This document shows positions 18,815-29,484 of a stretch of 64,000 bases of DNA, piece by piece (the first letter of the stretch is position 1; every line of letters begins with the position of its first letter). Both the position numbers and the translations under genes were made by a program. This DNA comes from an uncultured Gammaproteobacteria bacterium (GTDB taxonomy: Bacteria > Patescibacteriota > Microgenomatia > CAZETR01 > Amesbacteraceae): positions 367,736 to 431,735 of the forward strand of contig CAZIVL010000001.1 of assembly GCA_964543035.1 (NCBI GenBank). The letters run 5' to 3'. A model generated the notes under the pieces. That model worked only from the letters and a program-made list of their open reading frames with translations. It searched no databases and was not told the origin of the DNA.

Positions 18815-21382
18815 ATGGATCCAAATAAGCTAACTCACAAGTCCCAAGAGACCCTAGTCGCTGCCACCGAACTGGCAAAAAAGCGGTCTCACCCAGAAGT
18901 CACGTCCGCCCACCTACTCTTGGCCCTTTTGGCAGACTTTGACGGCGTCGTAGTCCAGCTTTTGCAAAAGATGGACGTGTCAATTTCTGATCTTGCCCAA
19001 AAAGTAGAAACATTTTTAGAAAAAGTTCCATCAGTTACGGGTCAAAGCGAAACCCAGATCGGATCAGATCTTCAAAAGGTGCTAAAGGCATCCTTTGAAG
19101 AAGCAAAATACTTAAAGGATGTGTATATTTCTCGGGAACACCTCTTTTTGGCACTCACAAGTGTCGAGTGTCAAGTTTCTCCTATCCTCAATTCTCTACC
19201 GATAAATAGGGCCAAAATGATAAAAGAACTAGCGTCTTTACGTGGTTCACAAAAGTCTGATTCGCCTGAAGCAGAAAGCACATACAACGTGCTAGAAAAG
19301 TACACAACCAACCTTACCAGTCAGGCGCGGGCTGGCAAGTTGGACCCCGTCATCGGCAGAAATGATGAAATCCGTCGAGTTATGCAAATTCTATCACGAA
19401 GGACCAAGAACAACCCAGTGTTGATAGGTGACCCCGGCGTTGGCAAGACCGCGATAGTCGAGGGTCTGGCCCAAAGGATCGCGGGAGGTGACGTCCCCGA
19501 GAGTTTGAAGGGGAGGGAGGTCCTATCTTTGGACTTGGCAGCCCTCCTGGCGGGTTCCAAATTTCGGGGTGAGTTTGAGGACCGCCTCAAGGCACTCCTC
19601 AAGTCTCTAGAAGAGGCGTCTGGACGCTATCTGTTGTTCATGGATGAGCTCCATACCCTAGTTGGAGCCGGGTCAGCAGAGGGGGCTACAGATGCGGCAA
19701 ACATCCTCAAGCCGGCTCTCGCCCGGGGAAGTTTACACGCCATTGGTGCCACTACTCTCAAAGAGTATCGCCAGTATATAGAAAAAGATGCAGCCCTCGA
19801 GCGCAGGTTCCAACCAGTCTTAGTAGGTGAGCCGACGCCCGAAGATACGGTTGCCATACTCCGGGGTCTCAAAGAGCGTTATGAGCTGCACCATGGGGTA
19901 AGGATCACCGACGATGCCGTCGTCTCAGCCGTAAATCTGTCTATTCGCTACATTCCAGATCGATTTTTGCCAGACAAAGCTATTGATCTGATCGACGAAG
20001 CTACCAGCTCCCTTCGTATGGATATAGACTCCAGACCTGCCGAACTAGACAATATGAGTAGAAAAGTAACTCAGATAGAAATCGAGCTAGCTGCCATGAA
20101 AAAGGAAAGTGAAAAGTCTGTGGAAAGTAGGAAAACTCAATTACAAAAAGAATTAGCGGATCTCAAGGAGTCTCTTTCCCAGTCAGAGCTGAAGTGGAGG
20201 ACCCAAAAAGAGCAGCTCAAATCCATCCAAGTCCTCAAAGAGCAGGCAGACGCAGCTCGTATCGAGCTAGAACGAGCAGAAAGAAACGTTGATCTAGAAA
20301 AAGCCGCCGAGCTCAAATACGGCAAGTTGCCTGAGCTGGAAAAACAGTTAAATGAGGCTCAAAAAAAGTGGGAAAAAGTTCCTCCCGAGGAAAAGATCTT
20401 AAGACTCGAGGTAACTCAAGAAGATATAGCCGAAGTGGTCGCCCGCTGGACAAATATTCCGGTTTCCAGGCTTATCTCGTCAGAAAAAAGTAAGCTCACT
20501 CACCTTGAGGACGAATTGCACAAAAGACTGGTCGGCCAGACAGAAGCCGTAACCCAGGTAGCCAATGCCATCCGCAGGAGTAGAGCTGGAGTGTCTGAAG
20601 AAGGCCGGCCCATTGCCAGCTTTATCTTTCTGGGCCCCACAGGTGTTGGTAAAACCGAGCTAGCCAGATCTCTGGCCGAGGTCCTGTTCAATGACGAAAA
20701 TGCCATGATCAGAATTGACCTATCCGAGTACCAAGAGAGTCATACGACAGCCCGTCTCATAGGTGCCCCTCCTGGGTACGTAGGTTACGACGAAGGTGGT
20801 CAGCTAACCGAGGCAGTTCGTAGAAGGCCATACTCGATTGTTCTTTTTGACGAGCTCGAAAAAGCCCATCCCAGTGTATTCAATCTATTTTTGCAGATCT
20901 TAGACGATGGCCGCCTGACCGATGGCCGTGGTAGAGTGGTCAATTTCAAAAACACGGTCATTATTATGACCTCAAATTTAGGATCAGATCTTATCCAAAA
21001 AGAAACAGATCAAAAGCAGCTCAACACCAAGCTAAATGAATTGTTGCGAAAGACCTTTAAGCCCGAGTTTTTAAATAGAGTCGACCAGACGATAGTCTTT
21101 GATCCCCTAGATCAAAAACAACTCGAAAGTATTGTCGACATCCAGCTTGAGCGAGTAGGCCGCAGGCTCAAAAAACAAAATCTACGTCTCGAAGTGACAT
21201 CTGATGCCAAGAAATTATTGGCCAAGATTGGTTTTGATCCCACTTTTGGTGCCAGACCCCTAAAAAGAGCTATCCAAGATCACGTTCTCGATGAACTAGC
21301 CCTCCAGATTATTGAGGGAAAGATTGAAGACGGCTCCACCGTCCACGTAGATGTCGCAAAAGATAAGATAGTGATAAAGTAA
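18815..21382 (+). CDS. clpB: ATP-dependent chaperone ClpB
   Basis: Two AAA+ modules (Walker A 'GDPGVGKT' and 'GPTGVGKT') with a long coiled-coil middle domain; 855 aa. Confidence 0.9.
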   Translation: MDPNKLTHKSQETLVAATELAKKRSHPEVTSAHLLLALLADFDGVVVQLLQKMDVSISDLAQKVETFLEKVPSVTGQSETQIGSDLQKVLKASFEEAKYLKDVYISREHLFLALTSVECQVSPILNSLPINRAKMIKELASLRGSQKSDSPEAESTYNVLEKYTTNLTSQARAGKLDPVIGRNDEIRRVMQILSRRTKNNPVLIGDPGVGKTAIVEGLAQRIAGGDVPESLKGREVLSLDLAALLAGSKFRGEFEDRLKALLKSLEEASGRYLLFMDELHTLVGAGSAEGATDAANILKPALARGSLHAIGATTLKEYRQYIEKDAALERRFQPVLVGEPTPEDTVAILRGLKERYELHHGVRITDDAVVSAVNLSIRYIPDRFLPDKAIDLIDEATSSLRMDIDSRPAELDNMSRKVTQIEIELAAMKKESEKSVESRKTQLQKELADLKESLSQSELKWRTQKEQLKSIQVLKEQADAARIELERAERNVDLEKAAELKYGKLPELEKQLNEAQKKWEKVPPEEKILRLEVTQEDIAEVVARWTNIPVSRLISSEKSKLTHLEDELHKRLVGQTEAVTQVANAIRRSRAGVSEEGRPIASFIFLGPTGVGKTELARSLAEVLFNDENAMIRIDLSEYQESHTTARLIGAPPGYVGYDEGGQLTEAVRRRPYSIVLFDELEKAHPSVFNLFLQILDDGRLTDGRGRVVNFKNTVIIMTSNLGSDLIQKETDQKQLNTKLNELLRKTFKPEFLNRVDQTIVFDPLDQKQLESIVDIQLERVGRRLKKQNLRLEVTSDAKKLLAKIGFDPTFGARPLKRAIQDHVLDELALQIIEGKIEDGSTVHVDVAKDKIVIK

Positions 21383-21581
21383 ATATATACGCCAAACCCA
21401 GAAGTCAGTACAATCGATGACCTGCTTAGTATAAGGGTAAAAAACTTCCCAGATCATCAGTTGCCAAAAACCACCACGACCATAACAGTAGTCCGAGTCT
21501 CAGAAGACGGCGAAAAAAAATTGAAAGTGACTCCACAGGGCGAAGTATTTTTAGAAACTCCGTGATAAACTTGAAGCTAAT

Positions 21582-21866
21582 ATGGACGTCGCGCATGTCG
21601 CAAAATTAGCAAATTTACCTCTTAAGCCCGGAGAAGAAGAAAAATTCTCCACCCAATTTGACGAAACCCTAAAGACCGTAAACCTCATCAACGAACTAGA
21701 TACTCAAAACACACCTCCTACTTCACAGGTCACAGGTCAAAAAAACAAAACCAGGCCAGACGTCATAGACAAGAGTCGTGTTCTCCCTGTTGTTACCGCT
21801 CTTTCAGGAGCAAAAAAAACCCGCCAAAATTATTTCGTCGTCCCCAATGTCTTCAATGCTCAATAA
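21582..21866 (+). CDS. gatC: Asp-tRNA(Asn)/Glu-tRNA(Gln) amidotransferase subunit C
   Basis: 94 aa, 'VAKLANLPLKPGEEEKF' GatC N-terminus, directly upstream of gatA. Confidence 0.65.
   Translation: MDVAHVAKLANLPLKPGEEEKFSTQFDETLKTVNLINELDTQNTPPTSQVTGQKNKTRPDVIDKSRVLPVVTALSGAKKTRQNYFVVPNVFNAQ
21706..21751. repeat. possible degenerate 7-bp-period array (CTCAAAA CACACCT CCTACTT CACAGGT CACAGGT CAAAAAA)
   Basis: Direct reading inside gatC; weaker than the other arrays. Confidence 0.3.
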
Positions 21867-23220
21867 ACACTCGTTGACTGAAGCCTTAGATGGCCTGAGG
21901 TCCAAAAAATTTAGTTCCAAAGAACTCGTTCAATCGTGTTTGGATGAGATAAAAAAATCCGATCCCCAAGTCCACGCCTTCCTACACATTAACGAAAACG
22001 CCATTGAGGAAGCGGAAAAATCCGACTTACAACCAACAACTAACAACTTATTACTCAATGGAATCCCAATCGCCGTAAAAGACAATTTTTTAACAGTCGG
22101 TATCCCTACCACAGCCAGTAGCAAGGTATTGGATGGTTACATGCCACATTACGAGTCCACAGTTACCCAAAGACTCAAAAATGCTGGAGCAATTATTTTG
22201 GGCAAGACAAACATGGACGCGTGGGCTCACGGCAGCTCGACCGAGACCTCAGATTACGGACCGACAAAAAATCCTCGAAACTTGGGACATTTGCCTGGTG
22301 GTTCTTCCGGAGGATCCGCAGCAGCTGTTGCCGCTGACATGTGCATAGCAAGCATTGGTTCTGAAACTGCAGGTAGTATTCGTCAGCCAGCGGCCTGGTG
22401 TGGAGTCGTAGGTTTCAAACCCACCTACGGCCGTGTTAGTCGCTACGGTGTCGTGGCTATGGCCAGTTCCACCGATTCTCCGGGACCGCTGACCAAAACA
22501 GTTGCCGATGCCGCTCTCCTTACCAGGATTATTGCCGGTTCTGATCCATACGATGCCACTACCTCAAATGTAGAAATACCAGATTACACACAACTCACAT
22601 CAGATAAGAAGCTGAGAATTGGTCTCCCCAAAGAATACCTAGAAGTAATGGAACCAAAAGCCCAAGAATTGGTGCTTGCAGCAGCAAAAAAAATGGAAAA
22701 ACTGGGCCACGAGGTCGTTGAAATGTCTCTTATCCATCCAAAGTATTCCATTGGTGTTTACACCATAGTCCAAAGAGGTGAGGTAAGTAGTAATCTTGCC
22801 CGCTACGATGGTATTCGATATGGTCAAGATCGCAGTGTCTTCGGTGACGAAGCCAAGCGAAGGATTATGCTGGGAACATTTGCCCTCTCGTCAGGTTATC
22901 ACGACCAGTACTACACCAAAGCTCAAAAAGTTCGCACTCTTATCATTAATGATTTCAAAAAAGCTTTTGAAAAGTTTGATCTACTGATAGATCCTGCTTC
23001 TCCAGGTCCAGCTCTGGCTCTGGGAGCCACGGCAGAAGACCCCATGTTTGGAGAAAATCAGGATATATTGGTCGAGCCATCCAGTATCGCCGGTCTTCCC
23101 GGCATCAGCGTACCATGTGGAAATGTAGGAGATTTACCGATCAGTTTTGGATTTATTGGCCCTCAGTTCAGTGAGAGTCTAATATTACAAGCCGCTCATC
23201 AGTATGAATCATCCCTTTAA
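21847..23220 (+). CDS. gatA: Glu-tRNA(Gln) amidotransferase subunit A (amidase)
   Basis: Amidase signature 'GGSSGGSAAAVA', 'KDN' and 'GKTNMDA'. Start at the internal ATG overlapping the gatC end. Confidence 0.85.
   Translation: MSSMLNKHSLTEALDGLRSKKFSSKELVQSCLDEIKKSDPQVHAFLHINENAIEEAEKSDLQPTTNNLLLNGIPIAVKDNFLTVGIPTTASSKVLDGYMPHYESTVTQRLKNAGAIILGKTNMDAWAHGSSTETSDYGPTKNPRNLGHLPGGSSGGSAAAVAADMCIASIGSETAGSIRQPAAWCGVVGFKPTYGRVSRYGVVAMASSTDSPGPLTKTVADAALLTRIIAGSDPYDATTSNVEIPDYTQLTSDKKLRIGLPKEYLEVMEPKAQELVLAAAKKMEKLGHEVVEMSLIHPKYSIGVYTIVQRGEVSSNLARYDGIRYGQDRSVFGDEAKRRIMLGTFALSSGYHDQYYTKAQKVRTLIINDFKKAFEKFDLLIDPASPGPALALGATAEDPMFGENQDILVEPSSIAGLPGISVPCGNVGDLPISFGFIGPQFSESLILQAAHQYESSL
22022..22052. 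repeat. 7-bp-period tandem array, ACAACNN family (ACAACCA ACAACTA ACAACTT), in frame in gatA
   Basis: Encodes 'DLQPTTNNLL' just before the conserved 'NGIPIAVKDN'. Confidence 0.7.
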
Positions 23221-24445
23221 AAAACTACTCGCCCACAAAAATTTCAAGCTTCTTTGGAGCTCGCAGCTTCTGTCTCAGCTGACTATCAATCTGGTCAACT
23301 TTTCTATCTTGAGCGCCATCTTTGAGCAGACCAGCTCGTCTATCGCCGTCTCTCTTCTTTGGGTCGCTTACTCTCTTCCAGCCCTATTTTTTGCTCCATT
23401 TTCTGGCAGCATCGTGGACGCTTTTAGTAGACGCAAGATGATGATCGTCACCAACTTTCTTCAGGCCGTCACCGTCTCTTTATATCTATTTGTCCCCGAA
23501 GGCAAGGTCTTTATTCTTTACGCCCTCGTCTTTATGTACTCCGCGTTAGACCAGCTTTATCTTCCCAGCCAGCAGGCGAGTCTGCCCAAGATTGTGGGCA
23601 AAGAGCTGTTGCCATCTGCCAATGGTTTATTCCTCATGACCCAGCAGGCCTCGTTTTTGGTCGGGTTTGGCTTAGGCGGCATCTTGCTGTCCATATTTAG
23701 CCGCGACGTCACGACTATTATTTCCACTGTTATGCTTCTTATAGCGACTCTGGCTGTATATATTCTTCCCAACGACTCGAAAAAATCTGATCCCGATGAA
23801 GAAAAAAATCTGGGCCGTTTTTGGGACGACTTCAAAGAAGGCTTTTCTTTTGTCAGAGGCCACCCGGTCGTGATGTTTCCCCTTCTTCTTATTGTCTTTA
23901 CCCAAGTGTTTATTACTATTATTGCCACCAATCTGCCCTCGTATACCAAAAATATTTTAGGCATGTCCATAAATCACGCCAGTATCACCCTCGTAGTTCC
24001 CGGAGCAGCCGGTGCCTTTTTGCTCACTTATTATCTCCACAAGATTCTCAAAAAAACCAGAAAAAAGGTCGTGATCCAAAACAGTCTATTACTAGGTGGC
24101 TTGTGCTTACTTGCTATGGCCGGTCTTCGTTATACCGAGCATCTGCGTCTCTTGTTTTCAATTACCGTCGCCATCGGCCTAGGAGTTTCGATCGCTGGTG
24201 TCATGGTTCCCGCCCAGACACTTCTGCAAGAGCACACCCCGACTTGGTTTAGAGGCAGGGTCTACAGTTCTCTCTCGTTTTTACTCATTGCTGCGACTTC
24301 AGTGCCTCTTATTGTCTCGGCTGCTATCACCGACGCCATTGGCATCTCCGGACTTTTTGTGACCCTGTCTGTATTATTGCTATCTATGTGTTATTTCATT
24401 TACAAAAGGAGTGATCATGTCTTGGCGCACGGTATTAGGATTTGA
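23204..24445 (+). CDS. MFS transporter
   Basis: 12 predicted TM helices and an MFS-like 'SGSIVDAFSRRKMM' loop. Confidence 0.6.
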   Translation: MNHPFKKLLAHKNFKLLWSSQLLSQLTINLVNFSILSAIFEQTSSSIAVSLLWVAYSLPALFFAPFSGSIVDAFSRRKMMIVTNFLQAVTVSLYLFVPEGKVFILYALVFMYSALDQLYLPSQQASLPKIVGKELLPSANGLFLMTQQASFLVGFGLGGILLSIFSRDVTTIISTVMLLIATLAVYILPNDSKKSDPDEEKNLGRFWDDFKEGFSFVRGHPVVMFPLLLIVFTQVFITIIATNLPSYTKNILGMSINHASITLVVPGAAGAFLLTYYLHKILKKTRKKVVIQNSLLLGGLCLLAMAGLRYTEHLRLLFSITVAIGLGVSIAGVMVPAQTLLQEHTPTWFRGRVYSSLSFLLIAATSVPLIVSAAITDAIGISGLFVTLSVLLLSMCYFIYKRSDHVLAHGIRI

Positions 24446-25649
24446 AGTCCATGTAGAGCTGGGTACCCAGTCCAAGATGTTTTGTGGTTGTCCAGCAGAG
24501 CATTTTGGCAGGCCGGCCAATACTCAGACTTGCCCAGTCTGTCTGGGACTGCCAGGCGCTCTCCCTGTTCCCAATGCCAGGGCTATCGAATGGTGTATCA
24601 AGCTCGGGCTCGCTCTCAACTGTCAGATCAACCTGTTTTCCAAATTTGATCGCAAAAATTATTTTTATCCCGATCTCCCCAAAGGCTATCAGATCAGCCA
24701 ATACGATCTACCATTTTGCTTTGATGGGTATCTAGATCTGCCGTCAGGAAAAAAGATTCGCATCAGAAGAGTTCACATGGAGGAAGATACCGGCAAGTTG
24801 TCCCATTCAGGCAGCGAGACTTTGGTGGACTTCAACAGATCTGGTGTTCCATTAGTTGAGATCGTCACCGAGCCCGATTTTGAAGATCCCGACACCGGCA
24901 CCGAGTTTCTCAAAGAAGTCCAGCAGATCATTCGCGCTCTCAAGATCTCGACTGCAGATATGGAAAAAGGCTCCATGCGCCTCGAAGCAAATATATCTGT
25001 TAGAAAAGAGGGTGGCCCGCTGCCTGATTACCGAGTCGAGGTAAAAAATGTGAATTCGTTTAGATTTATAAAAAAAGCCATCGAGTTTGAGACATCACGT
25101 CAAATCCAAATTCTAGAATCAGGTGCTAATCCGTCTCAAGAGACAAGAGGGTTCTCAGAAGCAAAAGGGGAGACGGTGTTGCAACGAAGCAAAGAAGACG
25201 CTCAGGATTACAGATATTTCCCCGAGCCAGATATTCCCCCGCTCGAATTTACCTCAGATCAGATCGAGACATGGCGAAGAGAGCTTCCTGCGCTTCCCGC
25301 ACAGCTTAGATCCGAGCTGTCCCAAAAATATAGCTTGCCTACCAACTATGTAAATCTCATCGTGGCCGATGAGACCATGTTGTCAGAATTTCTAAAAAAT
25401 CCGTCACTGGCTACAGCCAATGCTTTGGTCAACAAGCGCCCAGTCACTCAAACAATCTCAGTCACAGACGACCAAATATTAGAAGTCGCCAAAAAAGTGG
25501 TAGAAGCCAACCCCAAAGCCGTGGCAGATATCAAATCTGGCAAGACCCAAGTCATGGGCTTTCTCGTAGGCCAGGTCAAAAAAGACCTGGGCAATGTCGA
25601 CACAACAGCAGTCATAGGAGTATTATCAGATCAGATTAAAAATGACTAA
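24417..25649 (+). CDS. gatB: Asp/Glu-tRNA amidotransferase subunit B
   Basis: 'GFEVHVELGTQSKMFCGCP' GatB N-terminus; AAGGAG Shine-Dalgarno 8 nt upstream of the ATG at 24417. Confidence 0.85.
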   Translation: MSWRTVLGFEVHVELGTQSKMFCGCPAEHFGRPANTQTCPVCLGLPGALPVPNARAIEWCIKLGLALNCQINLFSKFDRKNYFYPDLPKGYQISQYDLPFCFDGYLDLPSGKKIRIRRVHMEEDTGKLSHSGSETLVDFNRSGVPLVEIVTEPDFEDPDTGTEFLKEVQQIIRALKISTADMEKGSMRLEANISVRKEGGPLPDYRVEVKNVNSFRFIKKAIEFETSRQIQILESGANPSQETRGFSEAKGETVLQRSKEDAQDYRYFPEPDIPPLEFTSDQIETWRRELPALPAQLRSELSQKYSLPTNYVNLIVADETMLSEFLKNPSLATANALVNKRPVTQTISVTDDQILEVAKKVVEANPKAVADIKSGKTQVMGFLVGQVKKDLGNVDTTAVIGVLSDQIKND

Positions 25650-25860
25650 TCCCACTCAACGCGTAACTGATGCCTATGCCGAAGTAGCAAAAGCGAAAGA
25701 GAGCGAGGGAAGTCTGTTATTGATACCTGCACTACCCACCAAAGAACAGTCAGCCGCCATTCTGGAAGCCATCGAAGCTGGTGCGAAACCAACGGAACTA
25801 ATTTACGCAATTCTCTGGGGAGTTGAATCCGTAGAGAATGGGTTGCCAAAGGACTTCTGA
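25642..25860 (+). CDS. hypothetical small protein
   Basis: ORF only. Confidence 0.25.
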   Translation: MTNPTQRVTDAYAEVAKAKESEGSLLLIPALPTKEQSAAILEAIEAGAKPTELIYAILWGVESVENGLPKDF

Positions 25861-25912
25861 TACCCTATCATTCTCTTTGAAACAGTCGTTGATCGACTGA
25901 AACAATAATTAT

Positions 25913-28900
25913 ATGTCTGCCAACTTTGTCCATCTTCACGTCCATTCCGAATACTCCCTTTTGGACGGCCTCTCCAAGATCAAAAAGCTCGTAAAAAAAG
26001 CCAAAGAACAAGAGATGAATTCACTGGCTCTCACCGACCACGGGGTCATGTACGGAACAATAGAATTTTACAAAGAGTGTACCAAAGAAGGGATCAAGCC
26101 TCTTATTGGTATGGAGGGCTACATAGTCAATCGTGATCTGCACGACAAATCTGGTAAAGGGGAAAACAATCATTTGCTGCTTCTGGCAAAAAATCACGAA
26201 GGTTACAAAAATCTCATGAAGCTGTCATCTATTGCCCAAGTAGAGGGCTTTTATTATCGTCCCCGTTTTGACAAAGAGACTCTAAAAAAGTATTCATCAG
26301 GTCTTATTGCCACCTCCACTTGTCCCAAAGGCGAAGTAGGCCAGCTTCTAATAGATGGCAACTATGAAGAAGCAAAAAAAGCCGTCGAGTGGTATGCCGA
26401 TCTGTTTGGTCCCGAAAATTATTATCTTGAGATCCAAAGGCATTTTTACCAAGATTATTTTGACTCAGTCAAAAACCAGCCCAAGATCTTGTCCAAGCTG
26501 CAAGACATGGTCAAGACCGAAAAAGTTTGGATAGATGGCATTGTGAAGCTCAGTCGTGAGCTGGGTCTGCCGCTCGTCGCCACCAATGATGCTCATTACA
26601 TAAACCAAACCGACGCCACCGCCCAAGACGCATTAGTCTGCATCTCAACTGGAAAAAATGTCTCCGACGTCGAGCGCATTCGCTACATCGACACCCCCAC
26701 TTTTTTTCTAAGAAGTGGCGAGGACATGCAAAATATTTTTCCAGATTATCCAGACGCCATTTCCAACACCCAAAAAGTAGCCGACTTATGTGATGTCCAG
26801 ATTGAACTCGGCAAGTGGCATTTTCCCAAGCTCGAGCTTCCCGAAGGCAAAGATGCTGCGACTACTCTCAAAGATTTGGTAGCAGAACGGATCGCAGACC
26901 ACTACCCAAAAGTAGATGCAGATTTACAAAAAAGAATCGATTTCGAATTGGACACAATTATCACCAAGGGTTATGCGCCATACTTTTTGCTCATGTCAGA
27001 TTTGGTCAACTGGTGTTCAGATAACGGCATTATAACTAACACCCGAGGTTCGGCAGCAGGCTCCGTAGTCTCATTTATTATTGGTATCACCACGGTGGAT
27101 CCCCTTCGTTATCTCTTACCATTTGAGCGTTTTCTCAATCCGTATCGCCCCAGTCCCCCCGATATCGATCTTGATATTGCAGACGATCGCCGGGAGGAAC
27201 TAATTGCCTATGTCACCCAAAAATTTGGCCGGGAAAAAGTAGCTCAGATTTGTACCTTTGGAAGGATGCTGGCCAGAGCTGCTGTCCGGGATATGACTCG
27301 CGTGCTTGGACATCCGTATGCAGTGGGCGACCGTCTGGCCAAAGTCATCCCTTTGGGAGCTCAAGGCTTCCCAATGACTATCGACAGGGCCCTCTATGAA
27401 TCACCTGAATTCAAAGTTCTTTATGACACCGACCCCACTTCCAAGCAGATCATAGATCTAGCCCGTGAGATAGAAGGCAACGCCAGGCATGCCTCGGTCC
27501 ATGCAGCGGGCACAGTGGTGTCACCCACTGATATGACCGATTTCACCCCCCTTCAACTCGAACCCAATGGAGAGAAGATTATTACTCAATACGAGATGCA
27601 CGCTTGTGAAGAAGTGGGTCTAGTCAAGTTTGACATCCTCGGTATTCGAAATCTCTCTATATTGGGGGCTGCTCGCGACATTATCGAAAAGCACAGAGGC
27701 ATAAAAGTAAATTTGCGAAAAATCCCCCTCGACGACAAAAAGACTTTTGCCATGCTTGCCCGAGGCGAGACCATGGGAGTTTTTCAAATGGGTGGCAGCG
27801 GCATGACCAAATGGATTAAAGAGCTCAGACCTACTCGAGTCGAGGATCTCATGATCATGATCGCTATTTTTAGACCAGGTCCCATGGCCAACATTCCGGA
27901 GTTTATTTCCAGAAAAAATGGCAAAAGCAAAGTCGAGTACATGCATCCTGCCATGGCCAAGTTTTTGGACAAGTCATACGGCATCTTGGTGTACCAAGAC
28001 GACGTGCTTTATACCGCCCTCGAGCTAGCCGGTTACAACTGGGATAGTGTGGACAAGTTCAGAAAAGCCATCGGGAAAAAGATCCCGGAGGAGATGGCCA
28101 AACAGCACGAGATTTTTGTAAAGGGTTGTCAAGAAACGTCCAAAATGACAGCCGAAGAAGCCGAAAAACTCTGGGAACTCTTCGTACCTTTCCAAGGCTA
28201 TGGGTTCAACAAGGCCCATGCTGCCTCATATGGAATTGTTTCTTACCAGACAGCGTATCTGAAAGCCAATTATCCCGTGGAATACATGACCGCTCTATTG
28301 ACGGCGGAATCAGGCAATACTGAAAAAATTGTGGAGGCCATTGATGAGTGCAAGCGCATGAAGATCAAAGTCCTGGCCCCGGATGTAAACAAGTCAGATA
28401 CCGATTTTACGATCGAGGACGGTACTAGTATTCGCTTTGGACTGTCAGCTATCAAAAATGTGGGCGATGTGGCCATCACCCTTATTTTGGATGCCCGCAA
28501 GGCAGGACCATTTACTTCACTTACTGATTTATGTCTACGAGTCGATGCTGGCAAGGTCAATCGCAAAGTCTTGGAGAGCCTTATCAAAGCCGGAGCCCTC
28601 GACTCTTTTGGCAAGAGATCTGCCATGCTAGCAGGCCTTGATAAGATCCGCGATCAAGGCATGTCTCTGAACAAAGCCAAGAGTCTGGGCCAGTTCAGTC
28701 TCTTTGGAGAGGAAGAGGGTCCAAAAGATACAGCAGACAATCTCCCCGATATCGAAGAGATCGAAAAAAAGCAAAAGCTAAATCTCGAAAAAGAATTATT
28801 GGGCTTTTATCTCACAGAGCATCCTCATTCCCAAGCCATAAGTGAAGCCCACGACTCAGGCCTCCCCACTCACCGCATTTCCGAGCTGTATTCGGGAGAT

Positions 28901-29479
28901 TATTCAGGAAAAATAGTCACCGTCGTAGGTGTGGTGGAATCTTGTCGCAATGTCGTGACCAAGGCCAAAGGTGAGGCCATGTGTTTTGCCAAGTTGACCG
29001 ATCTTTCCAAAGCCATTGAAGTGGTGGTCTTCCCCAAGACTTATGCCACGACCAATCTCTGTTGGCAGGTAGACAATCTGGTCATCGTCACCGGCCGGCT
29101 CGAAAATCGCTCTACCATAGAATCCGAGTCAGATGAAGAGGTCGAGCAGACCTATACTCTCATTGCCGATACAGCTGTCCAGTACACCGGCCCCGACACA
29201 GTATTGCCCAAGGCTCCCAACCGGGGGGGTCGGTCAGATATTTCATCCCAAAAACTAACAACTAACAACTTACAACCAACAACTATATCTATCACTATCC
29301 CCAAGGGTACTCCTCAGTCCAAGCTAGTAGCCCTCAACACTCTTCTTCAGTCAAACAAGGGCAGTCGTCCAGCCGAGCTAATTTTTGAAGGAGTCACCCC
29401 AGCCAAGATTTTGCCCCTCCCCTTCGGCCTCACCTGGTCTGAAAAATTAGAAAAAGATATCAAAGAGTTATTTATCTAA
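25913..29479 (+). CDS. dnaE: DNA polymerase III subunit alpha
   Basis: N-terminal PHP 'HLHVHSEYSLLDG', polymerase core and OB-fold; 1188 aa. Confidence 0.9.
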   Translation: MSANFVHLHVHSEYSLLDGLSKIKKLVKKAKEQEMNSLALTDHGVMYGTIEFYKECTKEGIKPLIGMEGYIVNRDLHDKSGKGENNHLLLLAKNHEGYKNLMKLSSIAQVEGFYYRPRFDKETLKKYSSGLIATSTCPKGEVGQLLIDGNYEEAKKAVEWYADLFGPENYYLEIQRHFYQDYFDSVKNQPKILSKLQDMVKTEKVWIDGIVKLSRELGLPLVATNDAHYINQTDATAQDALVCISTGKNVSDVERIRYIDTPTFFLRSGEDMQNIFPDYPDAISNTQKVADLCDVQIELGKWHFPKLELPEGKDAATTLKDLVAERIADHYPKVDADLQKRIDFELDTIITKGYAPYFLLMSDLVNWCSDNGIITNTRGSAAGSVVSFIIGITTVDPLRYLLPFERFLNPYRPSPPDIDLDIADDRREELIAYVTQKFGREKVAQICTFGRMLARAAVRDMTRVLGHPYAVGDRLAKVIPLGAQGFPMTIDRALYESPEFKVLYDTDPTSKQIIDLAREIEGNARHASVHAAGTVVSPTDMTDFTPLQLEPNGEKIITQYEMHACEEVGLVKFDILGIRNLSILGAARDIIEKHRGIKVNLRKIPLDDKKTFAMLARGETMGVFQMGGSGMTKWIKELRPTRVEDLMIMIAIFRPGPMANIPEFISRKNGKSKVEYMHPAMAKFLDKSYGILVYQDDVLYTALELAGYNWDSVDKFRKAIGKKIPEEMAKQHEIFVKGCQETSKMTAEEAEKLWELFVPFQGYGFNKAHAASYGIVSYQTAYLKANYPVEYMTALLTAESGNTEKIVEAIDECKRMKIKVLAPDVNKSDTDFTIEDGTSIRFGLSAIKNVGDVAITLILDARKAGPFTSLTDLCLRVDAGKVNRKVLESLIKAGALDSFGKRSAMLAGLDKIRDQGMSLNKAKSLGQFSLFGEEEGPKDTADNLPDIEEIEKKQKLNLEKELLGFYLTEHPHSQAISEAHDSGLPTHRISELYSGDYSGKIVTVVGVVESCRNVVTKAKGEAMCFAKLTDLSKAIEVVVFPKTYATTNLCWQVDNLVIVTGRLENRSTIESESDEEVEQTYTLIADTAVQYTGPDTVLPKAPNRGGRSDISSQKLTTNNLQPTTISITIPKGTPQSKLVALNTLLQSNKGSRPAELIFEGVTPAKILPLPFGLTWSEKLEKDIKELFI
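29251..29285. repeat. 7-bp-period tandem array, ACAACNN family, 5 units (AAAACTA ACAACTA ACAACTT ACAACCA ACAACTA), in frame in dnaE
   Basis: Encodes 'KLTTNNLQPTTI' in the C-terminal region. Confidence 0.75.
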
Positions 29480-29484
29480 GTCCC

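Noticed and set aside
19321-20706. Short minus-strand ORFs inside clpB
   Set aside because: They are antisense to a highly conserved gene. Spurious.
21383-21581. Possible small ORF between clpB and gatC (…ITVVRVSEDGEKKLKVTPQGEVFLETP)
   Set aside because: No ATG start; a TTG-initiated peptide of 36 aa is possible, but the evidence is too thin to annotate.
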